In this document: positions 9,651 through 19,406 of the stretch, piece after piece
How the letters are laid out: the number at the start of each line of letters is the position of its first letter
Numbering within the stretch: position 1 is the stretch's first letter
NCBI GenBank assembly: GCA_031412235.1
Contig: JANOCP010000075.1
Location: 5,696 to 69,695, forward strand
Origin: Polaromonas sp.
GTDB taxonomy: Bacteria > Pseudomonadota > Gammaproteobacteria > Burkholderiales > Burkholderiaceae_C
Direction: 5' to 3'
DNA: 64,000 nt
Translations under genes and position numbers: made by a program
Notes under the pieces: model-generated
What the model was told of the DNA's origin: nothing
Seen by the model: only the letters and a program-made list of their open reading frames with translations
Database searches by the model: none

Positions 9651-9717
9651 GATTCGGCCGCGGTTTGCAAGAAACCAACTATCTCAGTCAGGCGGGGTCG
9701 TGACTACCGAGCCTATG

Positions 9718-9735
9718 TGTCATACTTATCTGACA
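9718..9735 (+). promoter_or_regulatory. PpsR/CrtJ-type palindrome TGT-N12-ACA immediately upstream of bchI
   Basis: TGTCATACTTATCTGACA ends 1 nt before the bchI ATG (9737). There is no Shine-Dalgarno between them. Confidence 0.55.
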
Positions 9736-9736
9736 T

Positions 9737-10768
9737 ATGACAGTGTCTTTTTCTTTTTCTGCAATTGTGGGCCAGGACGAGATGAAGCTGGCGATACTTA
9801 TCGCCGCCATTGACCCCAGCATTGGTGGCGTTTTGGTGTTTGGTGATCGTGGCACGGGCAAATCGACTGCGGTACGGGCGCTTGCAGCGCTGCTACCCAA
9901 AATGCGTGCAGTTGTCGGTTGCCGATATGGTTGCGACCCGGCGAACAGCAGCGTCAGCTGTGAGGATTGCGCCGCACTTCGTAACGCTGCCAAAGCCCCT
10001 CCCAAAAGTCATCTCGTACCTGTGCCTGTGGTTGACTTGCCGTTGGGTGCTACTGAAGACCGCGTGGTCGGAGCGCTCGATCTGGAGCGTGCGCTGTCGC
10101 AGGGCGTCAAGGCATTTGAGCCAGGTTTGCTGGCCAGGGCGAACCGGGGGTTTTTGTACATAGATGAAGTCAACCTGCTTGAAGACCATCTGGTTGATCT
10201 TCTGATTGACGTGGCCGCGTCGGGCGAGAACGTTGTAGAACGTGAGGGCCTGAGCGTGCGGCATCCGGCACGCTTTGTACTGGTGGGCAGCGGTAACCCC
10301 GAAGAAGGTGAGTTGCGCCCCCAGTTACTTGACCGCTTTGGCCTGTCGGTTGAAGTCAAAACGCCGGAAGACCTGGCCTCACGCGTTGAGGTCGTTCGCA
10401 GGCGTGATGCTTTTGAACACGACCCGGCAGGCTTTACTGAAAAGTGGAAAAAGGAAGACGAACGCACGCGTCGGCGCATCGTTGCTGGGCGTACACGCCT
10501 GAGCACGGTAAACATTCCGGATGCCGCGCGCGAAAGGGCAGCGCAGCTTTGCATGGCGCTGGGTACTGACGGACTGCGTGGTGACCTCACAATGATTCGC
10601 GCAGCCCGCGCACTGGCAGCATTGCAGGGGGACGCCGAAGTTACCGACGTACATTTGCGCCGTGTTGCCGCGCCGGCACTGCGCCATCGGCTGCGCCGTA
10701 ATCCGCTCGACGATGCGGGTTCCAGCGTGCGGGTAGACCGCGCTGTCACCGAGTTGATGGGCACCTGA
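9737..10768 (+). CDS. bchI: Magnesium chelatase ATPase subunit I
   Basis: FSFSAIVGQDEMKLAILIAAIDPSIGGVLVFGDRGTGKSTAVRALAALLP (Walker A). FLYIDEVNLLEDHLVD (Walker B). Typical BchI length. Confidence 0.95.
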   Translation: MTVSFSFSAIVGQDEMKLAILIAAIDPSIGGVLVFGDRGTGKSTAVRALAALLPKMRAVVGCRYGCDPANSSVSCEDCAALRNAAKAPPKSHLVPVPVVDLPLGATEDRVVGALDLERALSQGVKAFEPGLLARANRGFLYIDEVNLLEDHLVDLLIDVAASGENVVEREGLSVRHPARFVLVGSGNPEEGELRPQLLDRFGLSVEVKTPEDLASRVEVVRRRDAFEHDPAGFTEKWKKEDERTRRRIVAGRTRLSTVNIPDAARERAAQLCMALGTDGLRGDLTMIRAARALAALQGDAEVTDVHLRRVAAPALRHRLRRNPLDDAGSSVRVDRAVTELMGT

Positions 10769-12660
10769 TGAACTCTGATGCTGCAACGGTTGCAGCGTTG
10801 CTGGCGGTGGATTCGTCAGGCCTGGGCGGCGTTGCTTTGCGCTCATCTGCGGGCGCAGCGCGTGATGCCTGGCTTGGCTTGCTAAAGCAGCTTTTGCCAG
10901 CAAACAAGCCGTTTCGGCGCATACCCCTGAACATCAATGACACCGCCTTGCTTGGCGGTCTTGATCTGGGTGCCACCTTGCACGCAGGCAGGCCGGTTGC
11001 ACAGCAGGGCGTGCTTGCCCAATGTGATGGCGGCATCGTGCTGCTGGCGATGGCCGAGCGTTTGTCCCTGGGCACCGCCGCCCGCCTGGCTGCCGTGCTT
11101 GATACCCACGAGGTTGCCATTGAGCGTGATTCTCTAACGGTGCGCAGGCCTGCGCGCCTGGGCATGGTGGCGCTTGACGAAGGCGCTAGCGACGACGAAA
11201 AACTGCCTGCTGCATTGCTCGACCGTCTGGCTTTTCATCTGGTGCTCGATGGGCGGGAAGGTCAGCACCAACCGCATGAGTCGCAGGATCAGATTAACTG
11301 GCAGGCCAGCGACGTTAACAACGCACGCGCGCTGTTGCCTCGCGTGCTCGCAAGTGACGAGGCGCTTCAGGCCCTGTGCGCGGCTGCATTGGCCCTGGGT
11401 GTTGATTCCTTGCGCGCACCGCTGTTGGCGCTGCGGGCTGCGCGGGCAGCGGCCGCCTTGTCGGGCCAAACCGGGGTGTGTGAAGAACATATCGCCCTGG
11501 CCGCCAGGCTGGTGCTCGCACCGCGAGCAACCCGGTTGCCTGCGCCGTCGCCAAGTGACGAGACAGAAGAAACCGATAAAACAGACGAGAACAACACCGA
11601 GGACGAGCGGGACCAACAAGCTGGATCCCAACCCAAAGACACGCCGCCCGACCCCAGCACCCCTGACAGTTCTGAGCCACCCGACAATATGGCATCCGAT
11701 CAAGACCGGTCCGATTCCGATACAGGCAAGTCGCTTGCTGAAACGGTGCTTGAAGCCGCCCAAGCCGCGATACCACCAGGCTTGCTGGCTGCGCTCAAGC
11801 TTGGTGATGCTGCCAGGTCGCGCGCGCAAGCTGCAGGGCGTTCAGGCGCGGCCCAAAAAAGCCAGATGCGCGGTCGGCCACTCGGTGCACGCCGGGGGGA
11901 GCCGAGGGCTGGCACACGGCTCAATGTGATTGAAACCCTGCGTGCAGCGGCACCCTGGCAAAAGCTGCGCCAGCGCGAGGCGGCCACGCGTACGCCCCAG
12001 GCCGGGCCAGCCAAACCGCAGCAGGCCCCATCGGGACAGCGTATTTATGTTCGGCGTGAAGACTTTCACATCACGCGCTTCAAGCAGGTCGGCCAGACCA
12101 CTACCCTGTTTGTGGTCGATGCCTCGGGCTCTTCAGCCTTAAACCGGCTGGCTGAGGCCAAGGGCGCGGTTGAACTGCTGCTGGCTGATTGCTATGCGCG
12201 CCGCGACCGCGTGTCGGTGCTGGCTTTTCGCGGCAAAACCGCCGAGCTCCTGTTGCCACCCACCCGTTCACTGGCCCGCGCCAAGCGCAGCCTGGCGGGG
12301 CTGCCGGGCGGCGGCGGCACGCCGCTGGCCACCGCTATTGATGCCGCACGCGAATTGGCGGCTCAAATCAGCCGCCGTGGTGAAAGTCCAATCATCGTCC
12401 TGCTGACCGACGGGCGCGGCAATATCGCACGCGATGGCGCCCCTGGCCGGGTAAGAGCCACTCAAGACGCGCTGGCCGCAGCCCGCCAGCTGCGTATCGC
12501 TGGCGTTGCCTGCCTGCTCATGGACACCTCGCCGCAGCCCCAGCCCGCAGCGCAGCTGCTGGCGCGTGAAATGGGTGCCGCCTACGTGCCCCTGCCTTAC
12601 GCGGGCGCGCAAATACTATCGCAAGTGGTACGCGCTGCAACTGGCACAAAGCCGCGCTGA
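10768..12660 (+). CDS. bchD: Magnesium chelatase subunit D
   Basis: Coupled to bchI (TGATG). Degenerate AAA-like N-terminal half. Acidic/Pro-rich linker (SPSDETEETDKTDENNTEDERD..PPDPSTPDSSEPPD). C-terminal vWA domain with MIDAS motif (LFVVDASGSSA). Confidence 0.93.
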   Translation: MNSDAATVAALLAVDSSGLGGVALRSSAGAARDAWLGLLKQLLPANKPFRRIPLNINDTALLGGLDLGATLHAGRPVAQQGVLAQCDGGIVLLAMAERLSLGTAARLAAVLDTHEVAIERDSLTVRRPARLGMVALDEGASDDEKLPAALLDRLAFHLVLDGREGQHQPHESQDQINWQASDVNNARALLPRVLASDEALQALCAAALALGVDSLRAPLLALRAARAAAALSGQTGVCEEHIALAARLVLAPRATRLPAPSPSDETEETDKTDENNTEDERDQQAGSQPKDTPPDPSTPDSSEPPDNMASDQDRSDSDTGKSLAETVLEAAQAAIPPGLLAALKLGDAARSRAQAAGRSGAAQKSQMRGRPLGARRGEPRAGTRLNVIETLRAAAPWQKLRQREAATRTPQAGPAKPQQAPSGQRIYVRREDFHITRFKQVGQTTTLFVVDASGSSALNRLAEAKGAVELLLADCYARRDRVSVLAFRGKTAELLLPPTRSLARAKRSLAGLPGGGGTPLATAIDAARELAAQISRRGESPIIVLLTDGRGNIARDGAPGRVRATQDALAAARQLRIAGVACLLMDTSPQPQPAAQLLAREMGAAYVPLPYAGAQILSQVVRAATGTKPR

Positions 12661-12678
12661 CCAGCGAAGCCGCAAGCC

Positions 12679-13623
12679 ATGACTCAGCGCCTGCAATGGG
12701 ATACCGATGGCCTTGACTGGCCGCATCGCCAAGCCAGCCGTTTTGTGCAGGCTGCCGGGCTGCGCTGGCATGTTCAGCAATTCGGTGATGAGCAGCAGCA
12801 GTTACCGCTTGCGCTGCTGATTCATGGCACTGGCGCTTCTACCCATTCGTGGCGCGGTCTGGCTCCCTTGCTGGCACCGCACTTCAGGCTGCTTTCGCTT
12901 GACTTGCCCGGCCATGGGTTTACCGACATGCCTACAGGCGGGCCAACATCGCAGCAGCTCTCATTACCGGGCATGGCGCAGGCGATCAGCGCTTTGCTCT
13001 CGGATTTGGATCAGTCGCCCGCCTTGGTGATTGGTCATTCTGCCGGTGCCGCGATTGGCGCACGCATGTGCCTTGATCGCCTGATTTCACCAGCATTGCT
13101 GCTCAGCATCAACGGCGCTTTTTTACCTTTAGGCGGAATGGCGGGCCAGCTTTTTTCGCCGGTCGCCAGGCTTATGTCGGCCCTTCCATTTGTGCCACAA
13201 GTCTTCTCGTGGCGGGCGGCTGACCCGGCTGTGCTGCAACGGTTGATGGACGGCACCGGCTCCAGGCTGGACGCCACAGGCATGGCGCTTTACGGCAAGC
13301 TGGTCAGAAACCCCGGCCATGCCGCTGGTGCACTGGGAATGATGGCCAACTGGGACTTGCCGCAGCTGGTTCAAGACATGCCGCACCTCAAAGCCCCGCT
13401 ATGCCTTGTGGTCGCCAGCCAGGACCGGACTATCTCACCACGTCAGGCCAGCCGCGTCATGGCCATGTTGCAGCCCGCTATCGGGCGAGCGCTGACTACG
13501 CTGCCCGGCCTCGGGCATCTGGCGCATGAAGAGCGGCCAGATCTGGTGGCGGCAGTGGTGATGGAGCAGTTTTGCACTGCGGACCAGGTATTCTACAAAG
13601 CGTCAGTAGATGCTATAAAATAA
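12679..13623 (+). CDS. bchO: Alpha/beta hydrolase, magnesium-chelatase-associated BchO
   Basis: LLIHGTGASTHSWRGLAP..LDLPGHGFT..VIGHSAGAAIG (GxSxG nucleophile elbow). Position after bchID, as in Rhodobacter-type clusters. Confidence 0.8.
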   Translation: MTQRLQWDTDGLDWPHRQASRFVQAAGLRWHVQQFGDEQQQLPLALLIHGTGASTHSWRGLAPLLAPHFRLLSLDLPGHGFTDMPTGGPTSQQLSLPGMAQAISALLSDLDQSPALVIGHSAGAAIGARMCLDRLISPALLLSINGAFLPLGGMAGQLFSPVARLMSALPFVPQVFSWRAADPAVLQRLMDGTGSRLDATGMALYGKLVRNPGHAAGALGMMANWDLPQLVQDMPHLKAPLCLVVASQDRTISPRQASRVMAMLQPAIGRALTTLPGLGHLAHEERPDLVAAVVMEQFCTADQVFYKASVDAIK

Positions 13624-13661
13624 ATAGCTGCTTATAGCCGTACTCATTGGGCTCAGAGCCC
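13624..13661 (+). repeat. REP-like intergenic element, copy A (bchO | ccmI convergent junction)
   Basis: ATAGCTGCTTATAGCCGTACTCATTGGGCTCAGAGCCC. It shares the AGCTG..(C)CCG.A...ATTGGGCT.(C)AG.CC core with copies at 35708, 36421 (inverted) and 56440. It contains a GGGCT-CAG-AGCCC mini-hairpin. Confidence 0.7.
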
Positions 13662-13683
13662 TTTTAATGCTAAAAAAGCTGTT

Positions 13684-14934
13684 TCAGGGCTGTACGCTGT
13701 CAATCACCAGGCCAAGTTTGTCGCTACCGGCCTTTACTGGCCCGCTTTGCCCGACCAGGTCACCGCTTTGCGGCATGGCATTGCCAGATTTTGAAACCCT
13801 TGCACCCACCACGACCAGCGGGAATTTTGACAGTTTCAACTCTGCCGACATCGCGGTGCTGTCGTCCAGCGTGAAGCTGATCGGGAATTCGCTGGCTTTG
13901 TGCCGCAAAATGGCCAGCGGCATGCGCGGGCCCTCGGCGGCTCTGGCGAAGATGAAAACGGTATCGTCAGGGGCGACTTTGCTTTTTAAGGCGGATGACA
14001 AGCTGACGACGCCCTGGATGCTGGCGGTGGCCGCTAAGGGTGTGGGCGCTGACTTGGCGGTCACCTGCGGTGCGCCAGATGCGGCACGTGCCTCGTCCAC
14101 GCTGCTGGCCAGGCCTTTGGCAAAGTCGCTGCCGGGTGGGGCCAAATCGCGGGCTTTGGTCCAGTACTGAATTGCCTTGAAAAAGTCTTTTTTCTCAAAC
14201 GCGGCGCTGCCAGCCAGGGCCAGGGCCTTGAGGTTGTTCGGGTCCAGTACCAGCGCACGCTCGTACAGTATGGTGGGTTCGCCCACCATGCTTTGGCCTT
14301 GCAGCATGGCCAGCACGTCGGCGTGGTCGGCCATGATTTGGGCATTGCCAGGGTTCAGTTCAACCGCGCGTTTGTAGGCTTTGCTGGCCTCCGGGAATTT
14401 TTGCATCGCGGCATAAGACCGGGCCAGCATTTCCCAGGCCTTGGGGTCAGGCGTTTCATGAGCCGGAACGGCCTCCAGCCGGGCGGCAAAGGCGCTGACC
14501 ATGGCTTCGATTTCTGCGGGAGTCGGCTCGGTTTCAGCCTTGGCGACAAGGTTGGCCGGGTCCAGCGCCTGGATGTTGCCTAAAAAGCCATAAACGCCGA
14601 GTGCTAGCAAGGGAATGGTCAAGCCGAGTGCCCAAGCGGTGCGGGTGGACTTGGCAGGGAGATCTTTTGAAATAGCCGCTTCCGGCGTACTTTCTTCATC
14701 AAGGGCCCGGCGTTCAATCTCGCTTTTGGCCAATGCCAACTGGTCGACATTGATGCTGCCAGCTGCAAAGTCAGCATCCAGCTGGTTGAGCTGACTGCGC
14801 AGGACGGACAGGTTGGCTTGGGCGGCATCGGCCGCTGTTTTGCCTGTATCGCCTTTTGATTTGAGCAAGGCAGGCAACACCAGTGCGAGTGCCAACACCA
14901 ACAGCAGGGCGGCGGAAATCCAGAAAGCGATCAT
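13684..14934 (-). CDS. ccmI: Cytochrome c-type biogenesis protein CcmI (CycH), TPR-containing
   Basis: N-terminal membrane anchor(s) plus TPR-like C-terminal half (AYKRAVELNPGNAQIMADHADVLA.., YERALVLDPNNLKALALAG). Last gene of the ccm operon. Confidence 0.8.
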   Translation of the reverse strand: MIAFWISAALLLVLALALVLPALLKSKGDTGKTAADAAQANLSVLRSQLNQLDADFAAGSINVDQLALAKSEIERRALDEESTPEAAISKDLPAKSTRTAWALGLTIPLLALGVYGFLGNIQALDPANLVAKAETEPTPAEIEAMVSAFAARLEAVPAHETPDPKAWEMLARSYAAMQKFPEASKAYKRAVELNPGNAQIMADHADVLAMLQGQSMVGEPTILYERALVLDPNNLKALALAGSAAFEKKDFFKAIQYWTKARDLAPPGSDFAKGLASSVDEARAASGAPQVTAKSAPTPLAATASIQGVVSLSSALKSKVAPDDTVFIFARAAEGPRMPLAILRHKASEFPISFTLDDSTAMSAELKLSKFPLVVVGARVSKSGNAMPQSGDLVGQSGPVKAGSDKLGLVIDSVQP

Positions 14935-14940
14935 TTGTTT

Positions 14941-15402
14941 TTAGTTTTGAGGTGGAGTAGCAAGCAGGGCTCTAGCTTTGGCAGCATCAGCGTCGCTCAA
15001 AGCCGCTGGCTGTGCGCTGAGTCTGCGCCGCCTGACATTCAGCACCAGCATCACCAGGGCAATTGCCAGTAGCGTGAACGGCCCCACCCATAACAGCACG
15101 GTGGTGGCTTTAAGCGGCGGGCGGTACAGCACAAAGTCGCCATAGCGCTGAACCATGAAGTCCAGAATCTGCCTTTGCGACTGGCCTTCGCTCAGCTTGA
15201 TGCGAATTTGGTTTTTCAAATCAACCGCCAAGTCGGCGTTTGATGCGGCAATGGTCTCGTTCTGGCAAACCAGGCAGCGCAACTCTTCAGCGATGACCAT
15301 CATGCGTGCTTCAAGCGCCGGGTCAGCCGATATGTTCGGGGCGACTTTGGCTTGAAGCGCAAAACTCAGGCAGAGCGTGACAGCAAAGAGAAATAACTTC
15401 AT
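14941..15402 (-). CDS. ccmH: Cytochrome c-type biogenesis protein CcmH
   Basis: Signal peptide and the LRCLVCQNETIA (LRCxxCQ) motif. Confidence 0.9.
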   Translation of the reverse strand: MKLFLFAVTLCLSFALQAKVAPNISADPALEARMMVIAEELRCLVCQNETIAASNADLAVDLKNQIRIKLSEGQSQRQILDFMVQRYGDFVLYRPPLKATTVLLWVGPFTLLAIALVMLVLNVRRRRLSAQPAALSDADAAKARALLATPPQN

Positions 15403-15405
15403 GAC

Positions 15406-15945
15406 CTAGCTCGCAGAGAGCTTCTTGACCAGCGGCAAAATCGTGTCTCGCAGCGCCTCGGGCGTGACCGGGCCAATGTGCTTGTGGCGAATCACGCCTT
15501 GCTTATCGACCACAAAAGTTTCAGGCACGCCGTACACACCCAGTTCAATACCCACCAAACCATCTCCGTCGACCAGCGAGGCAACATACGGATTGCCAAA
15601 ATTACCCAGCCAGGCAATGGCGGCGGGTGACTTGTCTTTGTAGTTCAAGCCGTAAATCGGCACCTGGTTGGTTTTGGCCAACTCGACCAGCAATGGGTGT
15701 TCAATGCGGCAAGCCACGCACCATGATGCCCAGACATTGAGCAACCAGACCTTGCCAGCCAGGTCTTGCGCCGCAAGGGTTTTGTCGGGCTGATTCAAGA
15801 CGGCCAACTTGAAGGACGGCACAGGTTTATTGATCAGCGGCGAAGGCACTTCACGCGGGTTGAGCGTGAGGCCAATGGCCAAAAATGCGACCAGCACGGT
15901 AAAAATGCCCAGCGGCAAAAACCGCTTGATCGTGGCGCTGTTCAT
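15406..15945 (-). CDS. ccmG: Thiol:disulfide interchange protein DsbE/CcmG
   Basis: Thioredoxin fold with WASWCVACRIEHP (CxxC) and GVYGVPETFVVD. Confidence 0.9.
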   Translation of the reverse strand: MNSATIKRFLPLGIFTVLVAFLAIGLTLNPREVPSPLINKPVPSFKLAVLNQPDKTLAAQDLAGKVWLLNVWASWCVACRIEHPLLVELAKTNQVPIYGLNYKDKSPAAIAWLGNFGNPYVASLVDGDGLVGIELGVYGVPETFVVDKQGVIRHKHIGPVTPEALRDTILPLVKKLSAS

Positions 15946-17960
15946 CAGACTTCGGCTTTGGCTATTAGTGGCTTGGCAGGCATCGATGTAGGGGGTTGAA
16001 CCACTGGCGCAGCTTTCTTGGCCGCAACTTTTACCGCCCGATAGCGCCTGTCCAGCACCGCCAGCAAGCCGCCCAGTGCCATCAGCACACAGCCAAACCA
16101 GATCCAGTTCACAAATGGTTTGTGGTGCAGACGCACGCTCCAGGCGGTGGCGCTGACGGGCTCGCCCAAAGCGACATACAAGTCGCGGGTGATGCCCCGG
16201 TCAATCGCCACTTCAGTCATGGGCATGCTGCGCACGGTGTAAATGCGGCGCTCGGGGCGCAGCATGGCAATCACCTTGTCGCCGTCAAGTACCGTCAGTG
16301 TGGCTCTGGCTGAGGTGTAGTTCGGTCCTTTGGCCTGCACCACGCTGTCAAGCTTGAAAGTGAAGCCGCCAACGGTAGCGGTTTCACCCGGCTCCATGCG
16401 CACATCGTTTTCGCTTTGAAAGCTGCTCACCACCGTCACACCGACAATGAACACTGCAATGCCAAAGTGTGCCAGCAACATGCCGTAATAGCTGCCAGGC
16501 TGAGCCGCAAAGCGGGCCAACCAGCTGGTGGCACGGTTCTCACGAACGCGGGTGATGAGGTTCAGCACGGCGGTACTCGCCACCCACACTGCCAGCAACA
16601 AGCCCAGGCCCGTCATGGGTGTCCAACTGCCCAGCAGCATGGGCGCAATGACGGCGCTGGCAACGCTGACACCAATCGCCCAACGCAGGCGCTTGGCCAA
16701 GTCCATCACCTCAGCTTGCCGCCAGCGTGTCATCGGACCCACACCCATCAAGAACAGAGCAGGGGCTATCAGCGGCACAAAAACTGCTACGAAATACGGC
16801 GGGCCGACTGACAGCTTGCCCATGCCGAGTGCATCAATCACCAGCGGGTACAGTGTGCCCAGTAATACAGCAGCAGCAGCCACAACCAGCAGTACATTGT
16901 TGGCTAGCAGCATCGATTCACGCGAGACGGGTTCAAAGCTGCCGCCTAACCCCACGCGCGGCGCGCGCCAGGCAAACAGTGCCAGTGAGCCGCCAACGAC
17001 CAACGCCAGAAAAATCAGAATAAAGATACCCCGCTCCGGGTCCGTTGCAAAGGCATGAACAGAACTAAGCACCCCTGAACGAACAATGAAAGCCCCCAGC
17101 AGTGACAACGAAAAAGTCATGATGGCCAGCAATGCCGTCCACATTTTGAAGCCGCCACGCTTCTCAGTCACCGCCAACGAGTGAATCAGCGCCGTGCCCA
17201 CCAGCCACGGCATGAAGGACGCGTTTTCAACCGGATCCCAAAACCACCAGCCGCCCCAGCCCAGCTCGTAATAAGCCCAAAAACTGCCCAGCGCAATACC
17301 CACGGTTAAAAAACACCATGCCACGGTTGTCCACGGGCGTGACCAGCGCGCCCAAGCGGCATCGAGTCGACCCGACAGAAGCGCTGCAATCGCAAAGGCA
17401 AAGGCCACCACAAAACCCACGTAACCCATGTACAGCATGGGCGGGTGAATGATCATGCCCGGGTCTTGCAGCAGCGGGTTCAGGTCTTGCCCGTCAGGCG
17501 CAGCGGGGAGCAGGCGGGTAAATGGGTTGGATGTGAGCAGCGTGAACAAAATAAAGCCGCAGCTCACCAAGCCCATCACACCCAGAACTCGGGCAATCAT
17601 GCGGTCATCAAGCTGTTTGGAGAAAATCGAGACGGCCAGCGTCCAGCCTCCCATAATCAACGACCACAGCAATATCGAACCTTCGTGGTTGCCCCATACC
17701 GCCGTGATTTTGTACATCATGGGCAGCATGCTGTTGGAATGTTGCGCCGCTAATTGAACTGAAAAATCGTTGGTAACGAAGGCGTACGTCAGGCAGCCAT
17801 ATGAAATGGCGACAAACAAAAATTGCCCACGCGCAGAAGGCCTGGCCAGCGCCATCCACGCTGCATTCCCTGTGTGCGCGCCAATCAGCGGCAGCACGCT
17901 TTGCGACAGCGCCATCATGAAGGCCAAAATAAGGGCGAAGTGGCCGAGTTCACTGATCAT
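15945..17960 (-). CDS. ccmF: Cytochrome c heme lyase subunit CcmF
   Basis: 671-aa polytopic protein with the WGGWWFWDPVENASFMPW (WWD) heme-handling motif. Confidence 0.93.
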   Translation of the reverse strand: MISELGHFALILAFMMALSQSVLPLIGAHTGNAAWMALARPSARGQFLFVAISYGCLTYAFVTNDFSVQLAAQHSNSMLPMMYKITAVWGNHEGSILLWSLIMGGWTLAVSIFSKQLDDRMIARVLGVMGLVSCGFILFTLLTSNPFTRLLPAAPDGQDLNPLLQDPGMIIHPPMLYMGYVGFVVAFAFAIAALLSGRLDAAWARWSRPWTTVAWCFLTVGIALGSFWAYYELGWGGWWFWDPVENASFMPWLVGTALIHSLAVTEKRGGFKMWTALLAIMTFSLSLLGAFIVRSGVLSSVHAFATDPERGIFILIFLALVVGGSLALFAWRAPRVGLGGSFEPVSRESMLLANNVLLVVAAAAVLLGTLYPLVIDALGMGKLSVGPPYFVAVFVPLIAPALFLMGVGPMTRWRQAEVMDLAKRLRWAIGVSVASAVIAPMLLGSWTPMTGLGLLLAVWVASTAVLNLITRVRENRATSWLARFAAQPGSYYGMLLAHFGIAVFIVGVTVVSSFQSENDVRMEPGETATVGGFTFKLDSVVQAKGPNYTSARATLTVLDGDKVIAMLRPERRIYTVRSMPMTEVAIDRGITRDLYVALGEPVSATAWSVRLHHKPFVNWIWFGCVLMALGGLLAVLDRRYRAVKVAAKKAAPVVQPPTSMPAKPLIAKAEV

Positions 17961-17970
17961 GGTTGGGGGC

Positions 17971-18438
17971 TCAAGGGTAGGGTTTCAATGTCGCGCTGGT
18001 TTGCTGCGGCTTGCCTGCAGCAGCGTTCTTTATGGCTTCGGCGGCTTCGGGCGGCATGTAGTTTTCATCATGCTTGGCCAGCACTTGGTCGGCCTTGAAG
18101 ATGCCGTCAGCCCCCAGCTTGCCTTGCGCCACTACGCCCTTGCCTTCTTTGAACAAGTCTGGCAAAAGGCCGGTATACGTCACGGGGATGGTCTTGGCTA
18201 GATCAGTCACCACAAAGCGAGTGGTCAAGCCTTGGGGTTCGCGCTTGATGCTGCCCATCTCGACCAGCCCGCCAACCCGAAAGCTGCGACCCAGTGGCGC
18301 TTCTTTGGCCACGACCTGCGTGGGGCTGAAGAAAAACACCAAATTGCTGTTGAAGGCGTTCAATACCAGTGCGGTGGCCACGCCCAAAGCAGCGAGCCCG
18401 CAGGCGATGGCAATCAGTCGTTTGCTTCTTGGTTTCAT
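17971..18438 (-). CDS. ccmE: Heme chaperone CcmE
   Basis: N-terminal anchor and [13 protein letters not shown] heme-binding His motif. Confidence 0.93.
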   Translation of the reverse strand: MKPRSKRLIAIACGLAALGVATALVLNAFNSNLVFFFSPTQVVAKEAPLGRSFRVGGLVEMGSIKREPQGLTTRFVVTDLAKTIPVTYTGLLPDLFKEGKGVVAQGKLGADGIFKADQVLAKHDENYMPPEAAEAIKNAAAGKPQQTSATLKPYP

Positions 18439-18617
18439 GTTTGAGATTGTCCTGTATCTGCCGCGCCTTGTTCGCGCACTTCGGCCAAAAGCGCACGGCG
18501 CTTGAGGTTAAGGGCAATCGGCTCAAGGACGCACACCAAAGCGCAAACGCACAACGAGCCCCACACATACAGGCCGTAGCCACCCATAGCCAGAAAATCG
18601 CCAAAACTGGCCCACAT
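18435..18617 (-). CDS. ccmD: Heme exporter protein CcmD
   Basis: Small single-TM protein ([28 protein letters not shown]..). I prefer the ATG that overlaps the ccmC stop (TAATG) over the longer 18647 start. Confidence 0.75.
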   Translation of the reverse strand: MWASFGDFLAMGGYGLYVWGSLCVCALVCVLEPIALNLKRRALLAEVREQGAADTGQSQT

Positions 18618-19357
18618 TATTTGACCCCCATTTCTGCTTGTGCCCATCCCGTATGGCGTTCGCGGTCAAGAATAATTAGCCGCACCCGCATCAGGGCAAG
18701 CGCAATACAGTAGGCCCAAAAAGCCAGCGCCATGACAAGCATGCCCATCAGCATCGGCGTGGCCATGCTGGCCCCTTTGACGGTGATGGATGCGCCCTGG
18801 TGCAGCGTGTTCCACCATTGGACTGAAAAGTAAATGATGGGTACGTTGACCACGCCAATCAGCGCAAGCAAACCGGCGGCGCGGTCGGCCCGGCGCACGT
18901 CAATCGACGCGTGCAGCGACATGAACCCGATGTATAAAAACAGCAGCACCAGCTCTGACGTCAGGCGCGCGTCCCAGACCCACCAGGCACCCCACGTCGG
19001 CTTGCCCCACAACGCGCCCGTCCAAAGCGCTAGAAACGTCATCAGCGCACCTGTGGGGGCCAGGGCGCAAGCCATCATCGACGACAAGCGCGAGTTAAAC
19101 ACCAGCCCGGCGCCCGCCCAACCTGCCATGGCGACGTAAATCACCATCGACATCCAGGCGGTGGGGACATGCACAAAAATGATCCGGTACGCCTGGCCCT
19201 GGGTGGCGTCAGTGGGCGCAACCCACAAACCTAAATACATGCCATAAGCGCCCAGCAGGCAAGCTGCCACCGCAAACCACGGCATCAGCTTGCCCGCCAG
19301 TGGGTAAAAGCGCTGCGGGGCGGCGAAGTAAAACCAGTTGATATTGCTTGAGCGCAC
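18617..19357 (-). CDS. ccmC: Heme exporter protein CcmC
   Basis: WGKPTWGAWWVWDARLTSE (WWD motif). About six TM helices. Confidence 0.92.
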   Translation of the reverse strand: MRSSNINWFYFAAPQRFYPLAGKLMPWFAVAACLLGAYGMYLGLWVAPTDATQGQAYRIIFVHVPTAWMSMVIYVAMAGWAGAGLVFNSRLSSMMACALAPTGALMTFLALWTGALWGKPTWGAWWVWDARLTSELVLLFLYIGFMSLHASIDVRRADRAAGLLALIGVVNVPIIYFSVQWWNTLHQGASITVKGASMATPMLMGMLVMALAFWAYCIALALMRVRLIILDRERHTGWAQAEMGVK

Positions 19358-19406
19358 TTTTTTAATCCACAGATGAACACATTATTTTATTCAGTCGCCC
19401 AGCGCG

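Noticed and set aside
10009-10764. 251-aa minus-strand ORF antisense to bchI. Similar long antisense ORFs occur in bchD (11134-11829), ccmB (19438-20124), ccmA (20157-20804), crtF (21706-22461), bchX (24019-24600), bchY (25315-26043), crtB (36495-37073), crtI (38692-39270) and the LysR gene (63012-63632).
   Set aside because: These are typical Arg/Ser/Ala/Pro-rich shadow ORFs of GC-rich genes. Each is fully contained in a gene with unmistakable family motifs on the other strand.
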